The translations under genes and the position numbers were made by a program. A stretch of 64,000 nt of DNA from an uncultured delta proteobacterium (GTDB lineage Bacteria > Myxococcota_A > UBA9160 > SZUA-336). Where the stretch lies: positions 224,001-288,000 of the forward strand of contig CAVPHD010000003.1 of assembly GCA_963704165.1 (NCBI GenBank), read 5' to 3'. Positions 22,922 to 34,810 of the stretch are shown here, one piece after another (within the stretch, counting starts at the first letter, position 1; each line of letters opens with the position of its first letter). Under the pieces are notes generated by a model, which saw nothing but the letters and a program-made list of their open reading frames with translations, was not told the DNA's origin and searched no databases.

Positions 22922-24228
22922 CGTCCCACTCCCGTGTAGCGGAATCCCATCTGCAGCATCTCGGCCGGCTCGCAGACGTTTCGCATGTCGATCACGATCG
23001 GTTCGCGCAACAGCTCCTTCAGGCGCACCAGATCGAGCTTCCGGAACTCGTTCCACTCGGTCAGGTAGAGCAGCGCGTCGCTCCCCTTCGCGGTGTCGTA
23101 CGCGTCCTCGCAGAAGTCGACGTCCGAAAGCTCACGTGCGGCCGTCTTCATCGCCTCGGGGTCGTAACAGCGGATCTTCGCACCGCGCTTCTGCAGCTCT
23201 CGAATCACCCAGATCGCAGGTGAGTCGCGCACGTCGTCGGTATTCGGCTTGAAGGAGAGGCCGAGCGCGCCGAGCGTCTTGCCCCGAAGCGCTCCGACCA
23301 TCCCCTCGACCTTCGTGATCATGCGCGCGCGCTGAGCGTCGTTTGCAGCCACCGTCGCCGCTACGATCCGCTGTTCGACGCCGAACTCCCGGCTGAACCG
23401 CACGAGCGAGAGCGTGTCCTTCGGGAAGCAGGAGCCGCCGTAGCCCGGTCCGGGATGGAGGAACTTCCGGCCGATCCGGCCGTCGAGACCCATCGCGCGA
23501 GAGACGTGGTGAACGTCCGCGCCGACGGCCTCGCAGAGCGCGGAGATCTCGTTGATGAAGCTGATCTTGGTCGCGAGAAAGGCGTTGCTCGCGTACTTGA
23601 TGAGCTCCGCCGTCGCGACGTTCGTGATCACGAACGGCACCTCGATCAGATTCAGCGGTTTGTACAGATCCTTCAGGATCGCGACCGCCTCCGGATCGTC
23701 CGCGCCGATCACGACGCGGTCGGGGTGAAGGAAATCCTCGACGGCGCTGCCCTCGCGCAGGAACTCCGGGTTCGAGGCGACCGAGCAGCGGATCGAGCGC
23801 TTGCCGGCCGCCTTCGCGGCCTCGTACACCGTGTTCCGCACGCGCTCGGCCGTCTTCACGGGCACGGTGCTCTTCGTGACGACGACCTTGTAGCCGTCGA
23901 GGTGCGCGCCGATGGTGCGTGCGACCTCGTCGACGTAGGAGAGGTCGGTGCTGCCGTCCTCCTGCGGAGGTGTCGGAACGGCGATGAAGATCACGAGGGA
24001 CTGCTGCACGGCGCTGCGGGCGTCGGTCGTGAAATGCAGGCGTCCCGCCGCGGCATTGCGACGGACGATGTCCTCGAGTCCGGGCTCGAAGATCGGGATC
24101 TCACCGCGCTCGAGGCGCGCGATCTTCTCGGCATCCTTGTCCACGCAGATCACGTTGATGCCGAACTCCGAGAATCCGGCGCCGGTGACGAGCCCGACGT
24201 AGCCCGTGCCGATCACGGCGATGTTCAT
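22918..24228 (-). CDS. ugd: UDP-glucose 6-dehydrogenase
   Basis: GTGYVGL, KSTVPV, NPEFLREG, GYGGSCFPKD, FKPNTDDVR. Confidence 0.93.
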   Translation of the reverse strand: MNIAVIGTGYVGLVTGAGFSEFGINVICVDKDAEKIARLERGEIPIFEPGLEDIVRRNAAAGRLHFTTDARSAVQQSLVIFIAVPTPPQEDGSTDLSYVDEVARTIGAHLDGYKVVVTKSTVPVKTAERVRNTVYEAAKAAGKRSIRCSVASNPEFLREGSAVEDFLHPDRVVIGADDPEAVAILKDLYKPLNLIEVPFVITNVATAELIKYASNAFLATKISFINEISALCEAVGADVHHVSRAMGLDGRIGRKFLHPGPGYGGSCFPKDTLSLVRFSREFGVEQRIVAATVAANDAQRARMITKVEGMVGALRGKTLGALGLSFKPNTDDVRDSPAIWVIRELQKRGAKIRCYDPEAMKTAARELSDVDFCEDAYDTAKGSDALLYLTEWNEFRKLDLVRLKELLREPIVIDMRNVCEPAEMLQMGFRYTGVGR

Positions 24229-24607
24229 GGTGGTGCTTCCTTCTTCCAAGCGAGGGTCAGCGGACGAAGGCCCTCGAAGAGAGCGGCTCCTATTCCCACG
24301 CCGACGACGTCCCTGATGAAATCTCCGAGCGAAGCGAAGCGGCTGGGCACCATTCGCTGCAGACTCTCGTCGATCGCCGCGAAGACGACGATCGAAACGG
24401 TGACGAGCACGAGTCGCGGCACGCGCGGTCCGACGACGGCCCAGAGGGTAACCAAGGTGAGTCCGGTGAACAGAGGGATGTGGGCCAGCTCGAGCAGGGC
24501 GGCCGAGACACCCCAGCTGGAGACCTCCCGGCCCGGCAGGGTCGTGAGTACGAGCACGCCGATCGTATAGGCGAGAGCGGCGAGGCCGCGCAGGGGCACG
24601 ACGCGCA

Positions 24608-24608
<1 letters not shown>
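24225..24608 (-). CDS. VanZ-like membrane protein
   Basis: Hydrophobic 127 aa; AHIPLF and DESLQRMVPSRFASLGD motifs. Confidence 0.8.
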
Positions 24609-26585
<1,977 letters not shown>

Positions 26586-26638
26586 CTAGTAGCAGAGATG
26601 CCGCGCGGACGCGATCGGCCGGCGCGGGCCCTTGCCGA

Positions 26639-28516
26639 TCACGGGCCGGCGCTCCGGGCCGTGCACCACCAGCGGTAACAGAGCGCCGTGACGAGCGCGG
26701 TGTAGAGCGCGGGATTCGTCGAGGACGCCGCCCAGAGTCTCTCGGCGCCACCGGGCCGGAATGGATCCGGAAACCCGGGCGTACCCTCGGCCAGGAGCGC
26801 GCGCATCGAGTCGGCGACCCTCGGGTCGCGAAGCCAGGAGCGCATCGGGATGCCGAATCCCCGCTTCGGAGCGGCGCAGACCTCGGGCGGAAGATGCCGG
26901 GAGGCGAGCCGCCGCAGCAGGTACTTGTTCCGCCCGTCCTTCACCCGCAGCCGGGACGGCACGCGCAGCCCGAGCTCCACCATCCGGTAGTCGAGGAACG
27001 GCGATCGAAGCTCGAGCGAGTGGCGCATGCTCATCCGATCGACCTTCACGAGGATGTCGTCGAGCATGTAGCTGCGCAGGTCCGTGCGCTGCGACTGGTC
27101 GATGGCGCTGGCGCCACGCCACGCGGGAAGTCGCGCCGCGTAGCGCCGCACGAGCTCGCTCCCGGCGACGTGAAGACCGGGAGCGAGTAGCTCCGCTGGC
27201 CAGTCCTCGAACGGATAGAGCGTCGAGCCCATTCCGAATCGCCCCACCGACTCGCCCAGACGCGACGCGAAGCGCCGCAGCGTCGAATCGGGTGGCGCGA
27301 CCCGGCCGATCATCGCACCGACGCCGCTCCGGAGCGATCGCGGCACGCGGTCGAGCGCGCGCCAGCGCCAGGCACGGACGTGACTCGGGTAGCCCCCGAA
27401 GACCTCGTCTCCCGCGTCCCCGGTCAGAACCACGACCAGGTGTTTGCGCGCCTCCGCGCAGATCAGCGATGTGGGAAGCGCCGACGTGTCGAAGCTGGGC
27501 TCGTCGAAGTGACCCATGACGGCGGGGAGTTCATCCATGCCTCGGCGCAGGTCGACATCGAGCGTCTGCAATTCGACACCGAGACGGCGCGCGGTCGCGG
27601 CCGCCAGCGGCGTCTCGTCCTCGGCCTCGCCGCCGAATCCGACGGTGAAGCACGACAGGCCGCTGCGCTGCTTCGCCGCCGCCGCCGCGACGAGCCCCGA
27701 GTCGATGCCGCCGGAGAGAAACACCCCGAGAGGCACGTCGGCGCGCAGTCGAATTCGGGTCGCATCGACGAGCAGCGCCTCGATCTCGTCGACCCACGCG
27801 TCCTCGCTGCGTCCGTCTTCGATCTCACCGACGGGCGGGAGGTCCCAGTAGGGCGTCGGCTCTTCCGTTCCGGGCTCGTCGAGGCGGAAGCGGATCCAGT
27901 GCCCCGGCGGCAGCTTCTTCACCCCGGGATACACGCACGCCCAGTCGGGAACCACGCCGACGCGGAAGTACGCGCCGAGCGCATCCGCGTCGAGCTCCGA
28001 CGGAAATCCCGGAACGTCGCGAATGGCGCGAAGCTCGGAGGCGAACGAGAGCGCGCGCCCGGTTCGTCTGTAGAAGAGCGGCTTCACTCCCAAACGGTCG
28101 CGGGCGAGGACGAGCGTTCGGTCCCGCGCGTCGTAGATCGCGAAGGCGAACATTCCGTTCAGCTGCGACAGGCACTCGGCCCCGTCGCGCGCGAAGAGCG
28201 TGAGCAGCACCTCCGTGTCGGATCGGCTGCGGAACTGCACGCCCATGCGCTCGAGATCCGCGCGAAGCTCCTCGAAGTTGTAGATCTGGCCGTTGAAGAC
28301 GATGGTGAAGCGACCGTCGGGAGTGGTCATCGGCTGATGCCCCGCCGGCGAGAGATCGACGATCGCGAGGCGCCGGAATCCCAGGAAGAGCCCCCGATCG
28401 CGGAACGTCGCCGCCTGATCCGGCCCACGGTGCGCGAGCCGGTCGCGCCAGCCGTCGAACGCGGCCGCCGTGACACGGTCGTCTTCGCGGGTCAGGACTC
28501 CGACGATGCCGCACAT
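26639..28516 (-). CDS. asnB: Asparagine synthase (glutamine-hydrolysing) family amidotransferase
   Basis: MCGIVG N-terminal nucleophile, HRGPD, LSGGIDS, GDAGDEVFGGY, KVDRMSM. Confidence 0.92.
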   Translation of the reverse strand: MCGIVGVLTREDDRVTAAAFDGWRDRLAHRGPDQAATFRDRGLFLGFRRLAIVDLSPAGHQPMTTPDGRFTIVFNGQIYNFEELRADLERMGVQFRSRSDTEVLLTLFARDGAECLSQLNGMFAFAIYDARDRTLVLARDRLGVKPLFYRRTGRALSFASELRAIRDVPGFPSELDADALGAYFRVGVVPDWACVYPGVKKLPPGHWIRFRLDEPGTEEPTPYWDLPPVGEIEDGRSEDAWVDEIEALLVDATRIRLRADVPLGVFLSGGIDSGLVAAAAAKQRSGLSCFTVGFGGEAEDETPLAAATARRLGVELQTLDVDLRRGMDELPAVMGHFDEPSFDTSALPTSLICAEARKHLVVVLTGDAGDEVFGGYPSHVRAWRWRALDRVPRSLRSGVGAMIGRVAPPDSTLRRFASRLGESVGRFGMGSTLYPFEDWPAELLAPGLHVAGSELVRRYAARLPAWRGASAIDQSQRTDLRSYMLDDILVKVDRMSMRHSLELRSPFLDYRMVELGLRVPSRLRVKDGRNKYLLRRLASRHLPPEVCAAPKRGFGIPMRSWLRDPRVADSMRALLAEGTPGFPDPFRPGGAERLWAASSTNPALYTALVTALCYRWWCTARSAGP

Positions 28517-29310
28517 GATTCGATCCTCGGCGAATCGGACGACGACGCGAGGAACTTCTCCCAGCGCCGCCAGCCGACCCACTGCCATACGAAGTAGGGA
28601 ACGCTGCGGACCCCGCGTCCCAGCCGCTCGCGCTCCAGCCGGTAGTCGTCGGACAGGAACGCCCGGATGCTCTCGTGATACGCACGCAGCGCCTCGACCG
28701 TGAACGCGTCCGAGCCGGCGGCGTAGCCCCGGAGAAACGAGCCCGCCCAGAGCTCCGGCGACCAGTGAAGGAGCGCGCTTCGGGGTCGGAAACGGAAGAA
28801 GAAGAGAGCGAACCACAGGATGTCGAAGTACCGGCTTCCGGTCGTGGCGACGGATCGCAGCGCCGGGGCCGTGGACCAGTCGAGGATCACGATCCGATCC
28901 CGGGACGGATCGTATCCGACGTTCGACCCGTTCAGATCTCCGTGCAGGACACACTCGTCTGCCGGTTCGCCGACGAGCGGTGCGGGGAGCGGAATGCGCA
29001 AGGTGTCGGGAAGTCGCAGCTCCGCGTGCACGTCCGCGATCGCGCGACCGACGCGTTCGCAGATGCCGGGCAGGCGGGCGTCGCGTCGCGAAACCAGCTG
29101 CATCAGGCTGAGGAAGCCGTGAACGCGCTCGGTGTCGAGCACGCCGGCGCGGGCATCGAAGCCGACCACCGGCGGAACGTGAAACCGACCCGTGCGCGCG
29201 GCGACCTTCGCGGCGCAGGTCGTCTTGGTGACCTCCGCTTCGAGTCGGTCGGCCGGGCCGTGCTTGCGCGCGACGTCGCCGATCAGCTCCATGCGGGCGT
29301 CCGGAGCCAA
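28492..29310 (-). CDS. APH/kinase-like phosphotransferase (start uncertain; ATG at 29292 possible)
   Basis: LHGDLNGSNV and VILDW kinase-fold motifs. Confidence 0.65.
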   Translation of the reverse strand: MAPDARMELIGDVARKHGPADRLEAEVTKTTCAAKVAARTGRFHVPPVVGFDARAGVLDTERVHGFLSLMQLVSRRDARLPGICERVGRAIADVHAELRLPDTLRIPLPAPLVGEPADECVLHGDLNGSNVGYDPSRDRIVILDWSTAPALRSVATTGSRYFDILWFALFFFRFRPRSALLHWSPELWAGSFLRGYAAGSDAFTVEALRAYHESIRAFLSDDYRLERERLGRGVRSVPYFVWQWVGWRRWEKFLASSSDSPRIESCAASSES

Positions 29311-29520
29311 CTCATGCCGTCTTCCTCGGGAGCCGATCGGCTGAAACGTGCATCACGCCTGCCGCGCGGCTGCGCGAACACCGTGAGCGCGCGACCGCGG
29401 GTCGAGGCAGGGTAGCCGATCCGGGCCGAGCCCCCACGCACGGCCACCGGCGCCTTCCGGCGCTGTCTTTCAGAGAACCGCCCTGCTCTGCTATCCACGA
29501 GCGAGCCGATCACGACCGGG

Positions 29521-30630
29521 GTGGCCAGCATCGTGCGCAAACTGCTCTTCATCGTTCCGACTCTCCGCGGGGGAGGTGCAGAGCGGGTCGTCGTCACGTT
29601 GGTGCGTCATCTCGATCCGACCCGGTTCGAGGCGACCCTGGCCGTCGTGGACACGCGAGACGCCGTCTACCGCAAAGACGTCCCCGACGATGTCGAGTTC
29701 GTGGATCTCGAATGCGCGCGAGTGCGCCACGCGATTCCGAAGATCCTCCGTCTCGTGTGGCGGGTGAGACCCGATGTGGTGTTCTCGACGCTCGGAAACC
29801 TGAACCTCGTGCTCGCCGCGCTGCGGCCGTTCATGCCCCGAAGAACGGCGTTCATCGGTCGCGAGGCGACCATCGTCTCGGAGCGATTGAAGGAGTTCGA
29901 GCGGCCCGCGCTGTGGCGTCTCGCCTATCGCGCTCTCTATCCACGGTTCGACGCCGTCGTGTGTCAGTCGAGGTACATGCAGAAGGACCTCGTGGAGAAG
30001 CACGGTCTTCCGATCGCGAAGACGGTGGTGATCAACAATCCGGTGGATCTCGAACGAATCGCAGCCGACCTTCCGGCCCAGCGGCGTCGGCATCGAGAGA
30101 CGGGCGAGCCGCTCCGACTCGTCGCGGCGGGCCGCCTGTCCGACGTGAAGCGCTTCGACCTCCTGCTCGACGCCCTCGCGCTCCTGCGCGACCTGAACAT
30201 CCAGCTGACCATCCTCGGCGACGGCCCGCTCATGGCGGACCTTCGGCGCCAGATCGCGCGGCTCGCGCTCGATCGATCGGTGACGCTGCTCGGATTTCGA
30301 TCCGACCCTCACAAGTACTTCGCCGAATCCGATGCGCTCGTTCTCTCTTCGCGCTACGAGGGCTTCCCGAACGTCGTGCTCGAAGCGCTGGCGTGCGGGA
30401 TCGGAGTGATCACGACGCCCGCCGTCGGAGGTGTCTCCGAGATCGTCTCGGGTGTCGCGGGCTGCGAGATGGCGGACGAGGTCTCCGCGCCCGCACTCGC
30501 GACGGCGATCCGAAAGTGGGCGGCGACCCCGTTCGGCGGCATCGCCCCCTCGGTTCTGGAGAAGTACCGGACCACCGAGATCTCGAATCAGTACGCTCGG
30601 CTCTTCGAGCGTGTGTGCCAGCAGCGCTGA
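29521..30630 (+). CDS. GT4 family glycosyltransferase
   Basis: GGGAERV, AGRL...K, SRYEGFPNVVLEA. Confidence 0.92.
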   Translation: MASIVRKLLFIVPTLRGGGAERVVVTLVRHLDPTRFEATLAVVDTRDAVYRKDVPDDVEFVDLECARVRHAIPKILRLVWRVRPDVVFSTLGNLNLVLAALRPFMPRRTAFIGREATIVSERLKEFERPALWRLAYRALYPRFDAVVCQSRYMQKDLVEKHGLPIAKTVVINNPVDLERIAADLPAQRRRHRETGEPLRLVAAGRLSDVKRFDLLLDALALLRDLNIQLTILGDGPLMADLRRQIARLALDRSVTLLGFRSDPHKYFAESDALVLSSRYEGFPNVVLEALACGIGVITTPAVGGVSEIVSGVAGCEMADEVSAPALATAIRKWAATPFGGIAPSVLEKYRTTEISNQYARLFERVCQQR

Positions 30631-30643
30631 GCAGGAGTCGCCC

Positions 30644-31681
30644 GTGAGTTCGGAAAATCTCGATCGCGAATCTCGCGCTTCGTCTCTCGACACCACCCTC
30701 GAGCTTTTCCAGTGCCCGGGCTGCCGCGCTGGACTCGAACGCGCCGGGGCCGGACTCCGCTGCGTGAGCTGTCGCCACGAGTTCGCGATCGAAGACGACA
30801 TTCCCCTGCTGTTCTGGCCGAACGAATGGGACGGCTCGAAGCGCGACGTGACCGAAGAGGTCAAGGCGTTCTACGAGGAGACGCCGTTCCCCAGCTACGA
30901 CGATTTCGACAGCATCGCGAGCCTGCAGGAGAAGGCGAGGCAGGGCCTCTTCGCGCGCCTCCTCGACGAACAAGTGCCCCCGGGAGTCCGCATCATCGAG
31001 TGCGGGTGTGGAACCGCGCAGCTCAGCAACTTCCTCTCGATCGCGAACCGCGAGGTCTTCGCGACCGACATGTGCCTGAACTCGCTGCGACTCGGCCGGG
31101 ACTTCGCGCGCAGCCAGCAGCTTCGCCGCGTGCGCTTCGTGCAGCAGAATCTGTTCCGACCGGCCTTCAAGCCGGGATCCTTCCACCTCGTGATCTCCAA
31201 TGGCGTCCTCCACCACACCGCGGATCCCCGCCTCGCGTTCTCGCGGATCTCGACCCTGGTGCGTCCCGGCGGCTACATCCTCGTCGGGCTCTATCACCGC
31301 TACGGGCGCCTGATCACCGACTTCCGACGACAGCTCTTCCGGCTCTCCGGAGACCGCTTCAAGTTCCTCGACCCGAACCTGCGCAAGGCGAGCTCGAGCC
31401 ACGCGAAGAAACGAGCCTGGTTCGCGGATCAGTACAAGCATCCTCACGAGTCGAAGCACACGATCGGGGAGACGCTTCGCTGGCTCGAAGAGGACGGCTT
31501 CGATTTCGTGAAGAGCCTGCCGCCGTCGAAGCCGTTTCAGGCCTTCGACGGGACCGTGCGGCTCTTCGAGCCCGACACGCCGGGAAATGCGTTCGAGCGC
31601 CTGATCGTCGAGCTCGGGATGATCCTGCAGGGAAGTCGCGAGGGCGGCTTCTTCATCGTGATCGGGAAGAAGAGGACCTGA
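30644..31681 (+). CDS. Class I SAM methyltransferase with N-terminal Trm112-like zinc ribbon
   Basis: CPGC...CVSC...DDIPLL; IIECGCGT; ISNGVLHH; GTG start after AGGAG. Confidence 0.85.
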   Translation: MSSENLDRESRASSLDTTLELFQCPGCRAGLERAGAGLRCVSCRHEFAIEDDIPLLFWPNEWDGSKRDVTEEVKAFYEETPFPSYDDFDSIASLQEKARQGLFARLLDEQVPPGVRIIECGCGTAQLSNFLSIANREVFATDMCLNSLRLGRDFARSQQLRRVRFVQQNLFRPAFKPGSFHLVISNGVLHHTADPRLAFSRISTLVRPGGYILVGLYHRYGRLITDFRRQLFRLSGDRFKFLDPNLRKASSSHAKKRAWFADQYKHPHESKHTIGETLRWLEEDGFDFVKSLPPSKPFQAFDGTVRLFEPDTPGNAFERLIVELGMILQGSREGGFFIVIGKKRT

Positions 31682-32747
31682 TCCGCTCGACCAGCGGCTG
31701 GAGCCGGTCGGCGATGTGCCGCGCCAGGACGGTCGATCCCTCGTCGTTCACGTGCACTCCGTCGTAGAAGATCCGGTTCGGCTCCTTCCAATCGGGAACC
31801 GTCGCCGCCAGATACTCGACGTTGTCGATCAAGAGGGCGCCCTCGTCGGCGGCGACCCTGCGGACGATCTCGTTGAAGCGCTCCTGGTTGTGCAGATCGA
31901 TCCAGTCCGGCGTGAGCTCGGTGCGCATGGCGACCGAGGGCTGGGTCATGAGCACGGGTTGGATTCCGAAGGCGCGACAGATCCCGACGAAGGCGCGAAG
32001 GCGATACAGATACTCGTCGTACGGGAGATCCATGCTCTCGGCCTCGCTGCCGACGCGCGTCGACTGCGCCGGCGCGAACTCCACGACCGTCCACTTCCGG
32101 AGCGCACCGGCGAGCCAGAGCCGTGTCGACGCCGTCTGCAAGAACCACTGACCGAACTTCCCGACGCCCAGGCGCGAGGCGCCGCGCGGACGGTAGACGC
32201 CGTAGCGGCTGAGCATGCCGACGTCGTTGTGAGCCTCCATCAGGACGGCGATGTCGGGATGGTCCTCGACGACGTGGTTGAGCAGGGTGTTCAGCGCATC
32301 GTGCGAGGTGACACCGGACTTCCCCGCGTTGATGACGTTCACGCGCAGTCCCTGCGCTTCGAGGAGCGTGGAGACCTGGGCCGGGAAGCGCAGATCCTCC
32401 CGAACCGCCGGGTTCTCCGTCGTCGAGCCGCCGAGGAACGCGATGGTCGCGTCGGCGGCTTCGAAACGCCGGCCCGGCAGGATGTACCCGCGCTCGTCGG
32501 TGCGCAGCGTCGATACCGGATCGTTCGGATCGATGGCGCTGCGGTCGAATCGAAGATTGCGGAACGGCGGCTGCGTCTCGATCTCGACGAACCAATCGGT
32601 CTGCTCGTTCGCGAACGGGTTCTCCCAGAGAACGCGAAGCGCGAACTCGCAGATCAGCAGCGAGAAGACGAGGGTGATCCCGACCACGATGGCCGCGAGG
32701 GCCATGCGACTCGTCGGCTTCTCCTCGCCGGGACCGTCCTCAGGCAT
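31653..32747 (-). CDS. Membrane-anchored SGNH/GDSL hydrolase
   Basis: N-terminal TM; FLGGSTT, NAGKSG, HND, DGVH blocks. Confidence 0.85.
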   Translation of the reverse strand: MPEDGPGEEKPTSRMALAAIVVGITLVFSLLICEFALRVLWENPFANEQTDWFVEIETQPPFRNLRFDRSAIDPNDPVSTLRTDERGYILPGRRFEAADATIAFLGGSTTENPAVREDLRFPAQVSTLLEAQGLRVNVINAGKSGVTSHDALNTLLNHVVEDHPDIAVLMEAHNDVGMLSRYGVYRPRGASRLGVGKFGQWFLQTASTRLWLAGALRKWTVVEFAPAQSTRVGSEAESMDLPYDEYLYRLRAFVGICRAFGIQPVLMTQPSVAMRTELTPDWIDLHNQERFNEIVRRVAADEGALLIDNVEYLAATVPDWKEPNRIFYDGVHVNDEGSTVLARHIADRLQPLVERIRSSSSRSR

Positions 32748-32779
32748 CGTCCGTGCGGCTCCGTCTCGATCGGTGCCGC

Positions 32780-32944
32780 TCAGAATAGCGTGTAGAGCAG
32801 CGGCGCGGCCGCCTTCCCGCCGAGGATGACGAGCCCGGTGAGCAGGAGCACCACGACCAGCGGAACGATCCAGTAGATCCGATTCTGGCGCGCGAAATCG
32901 ACCAGCTCTCGAGAGAGCTTCACGCTGCCCTTCAGCTTCCCCAT
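32780..32944 (-). CDS. Small membrane protein, DUF5989/SxtK-like (54 aa)
   Basis: RIYWIVPLVVVLLL...AAPLLYTLF family-like signature; GGAGGG upstream. Confidence 0.8.
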   Translation of the reverse strand: MGKLKGSVKLSRELVDFARQNRIYWIVPLVVVLLLTGLVILGGKAAAPLLYTLF

Positions 32945-32975
32945 CCGTGCTCCCTCCGGACCCATCGGTCCCGCA

Positions 32976-34808
32976 TCAATCGAGCTTCAAGCCGTCCCGC
33001 CAGTCGGTGGACTCCTGCCAGGCCCGCTGCGCGGTCTTGTCGAGCAGGAACGGGCCGAGCACGAGGTGGTCCATCTCGGTGCGCATGAAGCACCGGTAGG
33101 CGTCCGCCGGCGTGCACACGATCGGTTCGCCGCGGACGTTGAAGCTCGTGTTGATCAGCACCGCGCAGCCGGTTCTCTGCTCGAAAGCCTCGAGCAGCGC
33201 GTGGTAGCGCGGGTTCGTCTCGCGGCTCACGGACTGCACCCTCGCGGAATGATCGACGTGCGTGATCGCCGGGAGATCCGAGCGCGGTCGATTCACCCAG
33301 TCGTGGAGGTCGAGCTCCCGCTCGTCGCCCTGCTTCGGCAGGCACCGCGAGGATTTCACCGGCGCGACGATCAGCATGTAGGGCGAGGGTCGGTCGAGCT
33401 CGAAGTAGTCGGAGACGCGCTCCTCGAGACAGGACGGCGCAAACGGACGAAAGCTCTCGCGGAACTTGATCTTCAGATTCAGCACCGACTGCATCTTCGG
33501 CGAGCGTGGATCACCGATGATCGAACGATTGCCGAGCGCGCGCGGACCGAACTCCATGCGCCCGTGGAAGAGGCCGACCACGCCTTCCTCGGCCACGAGC
33601 CCGGCGATCGTGGGCGCCCACTCGGCGTCGGAGAGCTCGCGATACACGCCGCCGGTCGCGTCGAGGTACTCGCGAATCTGGTCGGCCGAGAATTCGGGGC
33701 CGAGGTACGAACCGTTCATCGAGTCCCTGTGGCCATCCGTCGTGCGAGGGTTGCCGAGCTCGTTGTACCAGACGGTGAGCGCGGCGCCGATCGCCCCACC
33801 CGCATCGCCCGCGGCCGGTTGGATCCAGAGGTCGTCGAAGATGCCGGACCGCAGGATCTCGCCGTTCGCGACGCAGTTGAGCGCCACGCCGCCCGCCATG
33901 CACAAGCGCGGCTTGCCGCTGACCTCGCGCGCGTGGCGCGCCATCCGGAGCACGATCTCCTCCGTCACCTCCTGGATCGACTTCGCGATGTCCATCTCGC
34001 GGCGCGTGATCGGCGACTCGGGCTGGCGCGCCGGGCCCTCGAAGAGATCCGCGAAGCGATCGGACGTCATCTGGAGTCCGTCGAGGTAGCCGAAGTAGTC
34101 CATGTTGAGCCGGAAGGAGCCGTCGGCCTTCAGGTCGAGAAGCTCCCTTCGGATCACGTCGGTGAATCGGCCGTCGCCGTACGGCGCCAGACCCATGAGC
34201 TTGTACTCGCCGGAGTTCACCGTGAAGCCCGTGTAGTAGGTGAAGGCCGAGTAGAGCAGACCGAGCGAGTGGGGGAAATCGAGCTCGCGCACGAGCGCGA
34301 GCTTCGAGCCCTCGCCGACGCCGATCGTCGCCGTCGCCCATTCGCCAACCCCGTCCACCGTCAGGACCGCCGCCTCGGGAAAGGGCGACGGATAGAACGC
34401 GCTCGCCGCGTGTGACTCGTGATGCTCGGGGAAGTAGATCGCTTCCGGCGCGCGGACACCGCACTTCTCGAGTGACTCCTCGATTCGGGGCTCCATCCAG
34501 AGCTTCTCGTCGAGCCAGGTCGGGATTGCGCGCATGTACTGGGTGAGGCCACGCGGAGCGGTCGATAGATACGTCTCGAGGATGCGGTGGAACTTGAGCA
34601 GCGGCTTGTCGTAGAAGGCGACCGCGTCGATCCGGCCATCCTTCACGCCGGCCTCCGCGAGGCAGTAGCGAACGGCATTCATCGGGAAGTCCTGATCGTG
34701 CTTCGTACGCGTGAAGCGCTCCTCCTGTGCGGCGGCGACGATGACGCCGTCCTCCACCAGACACGCCGCGGAGTCGTGGTAGAAGCAGCTGAGTCCGAGG
34801 ATGCGCAT
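32976..34808 (-). CDS. O-carbamoyltransferase (NodU/CmcH/SxtI family)
   Basis: YHDSAA, QEERF, HHESHAAS, DGVGE, GEYKLMGLA, EFGPRALGNRS, NTSFN. Confidence 0.95.
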   Translation of the reverse strand: MRILGLSCFYHDSAACLVEDGVIVAAAQEERFTRTKHDQDFPMNAVRYCLAEAGVKDGRIDAVAFYDKPLLKFHRILETYLSTAPRGLTQYMRAIPTWLDEKLWMEPRIEESLEKCGVRAPEAIYFPEHHESHAASAFYPSPFPEAAVLTVDGVGEWATATIGVGEGSKLALVRELDFPHSLGLLYSAFTYYTGFTVNSGEYKLMGLAPYGDGRFTDVIRRELLDLKADGSFRLNMDYFGYLDGLQMTSDRFADLFEGPARQPESPITRREMDIAKSIQEVTEEIVLRMARHAREVSGKPRLCMAGGVALNCVANGEILRSGIFDDLWIQPAAGDAGGAIGAALTVWYNELGNPRTTDGHRDSMNGSYLGPEFSADQIREYLDATGGVYRELSDAEWAPTIAGLVAEEGVVGLFHGRMEFGPRALGNRSIIGDPRSPKMQSVLNLKIKFRESFRPFAPSCLEERVSDYFELDRPSPYMLIVAPVKSSRCLPKQGDERELDLHDWVNRPRSDLPAITHVDHSARVQSVSRETNPRYHALLEAFEQRTGCAVLINTSFNVRGEPIVCTPADAYRCFMRTEMDHLVLGPFLLDKTAQRAWQESTDWRDGLKLD

Positions 34809-34810
34809 GC

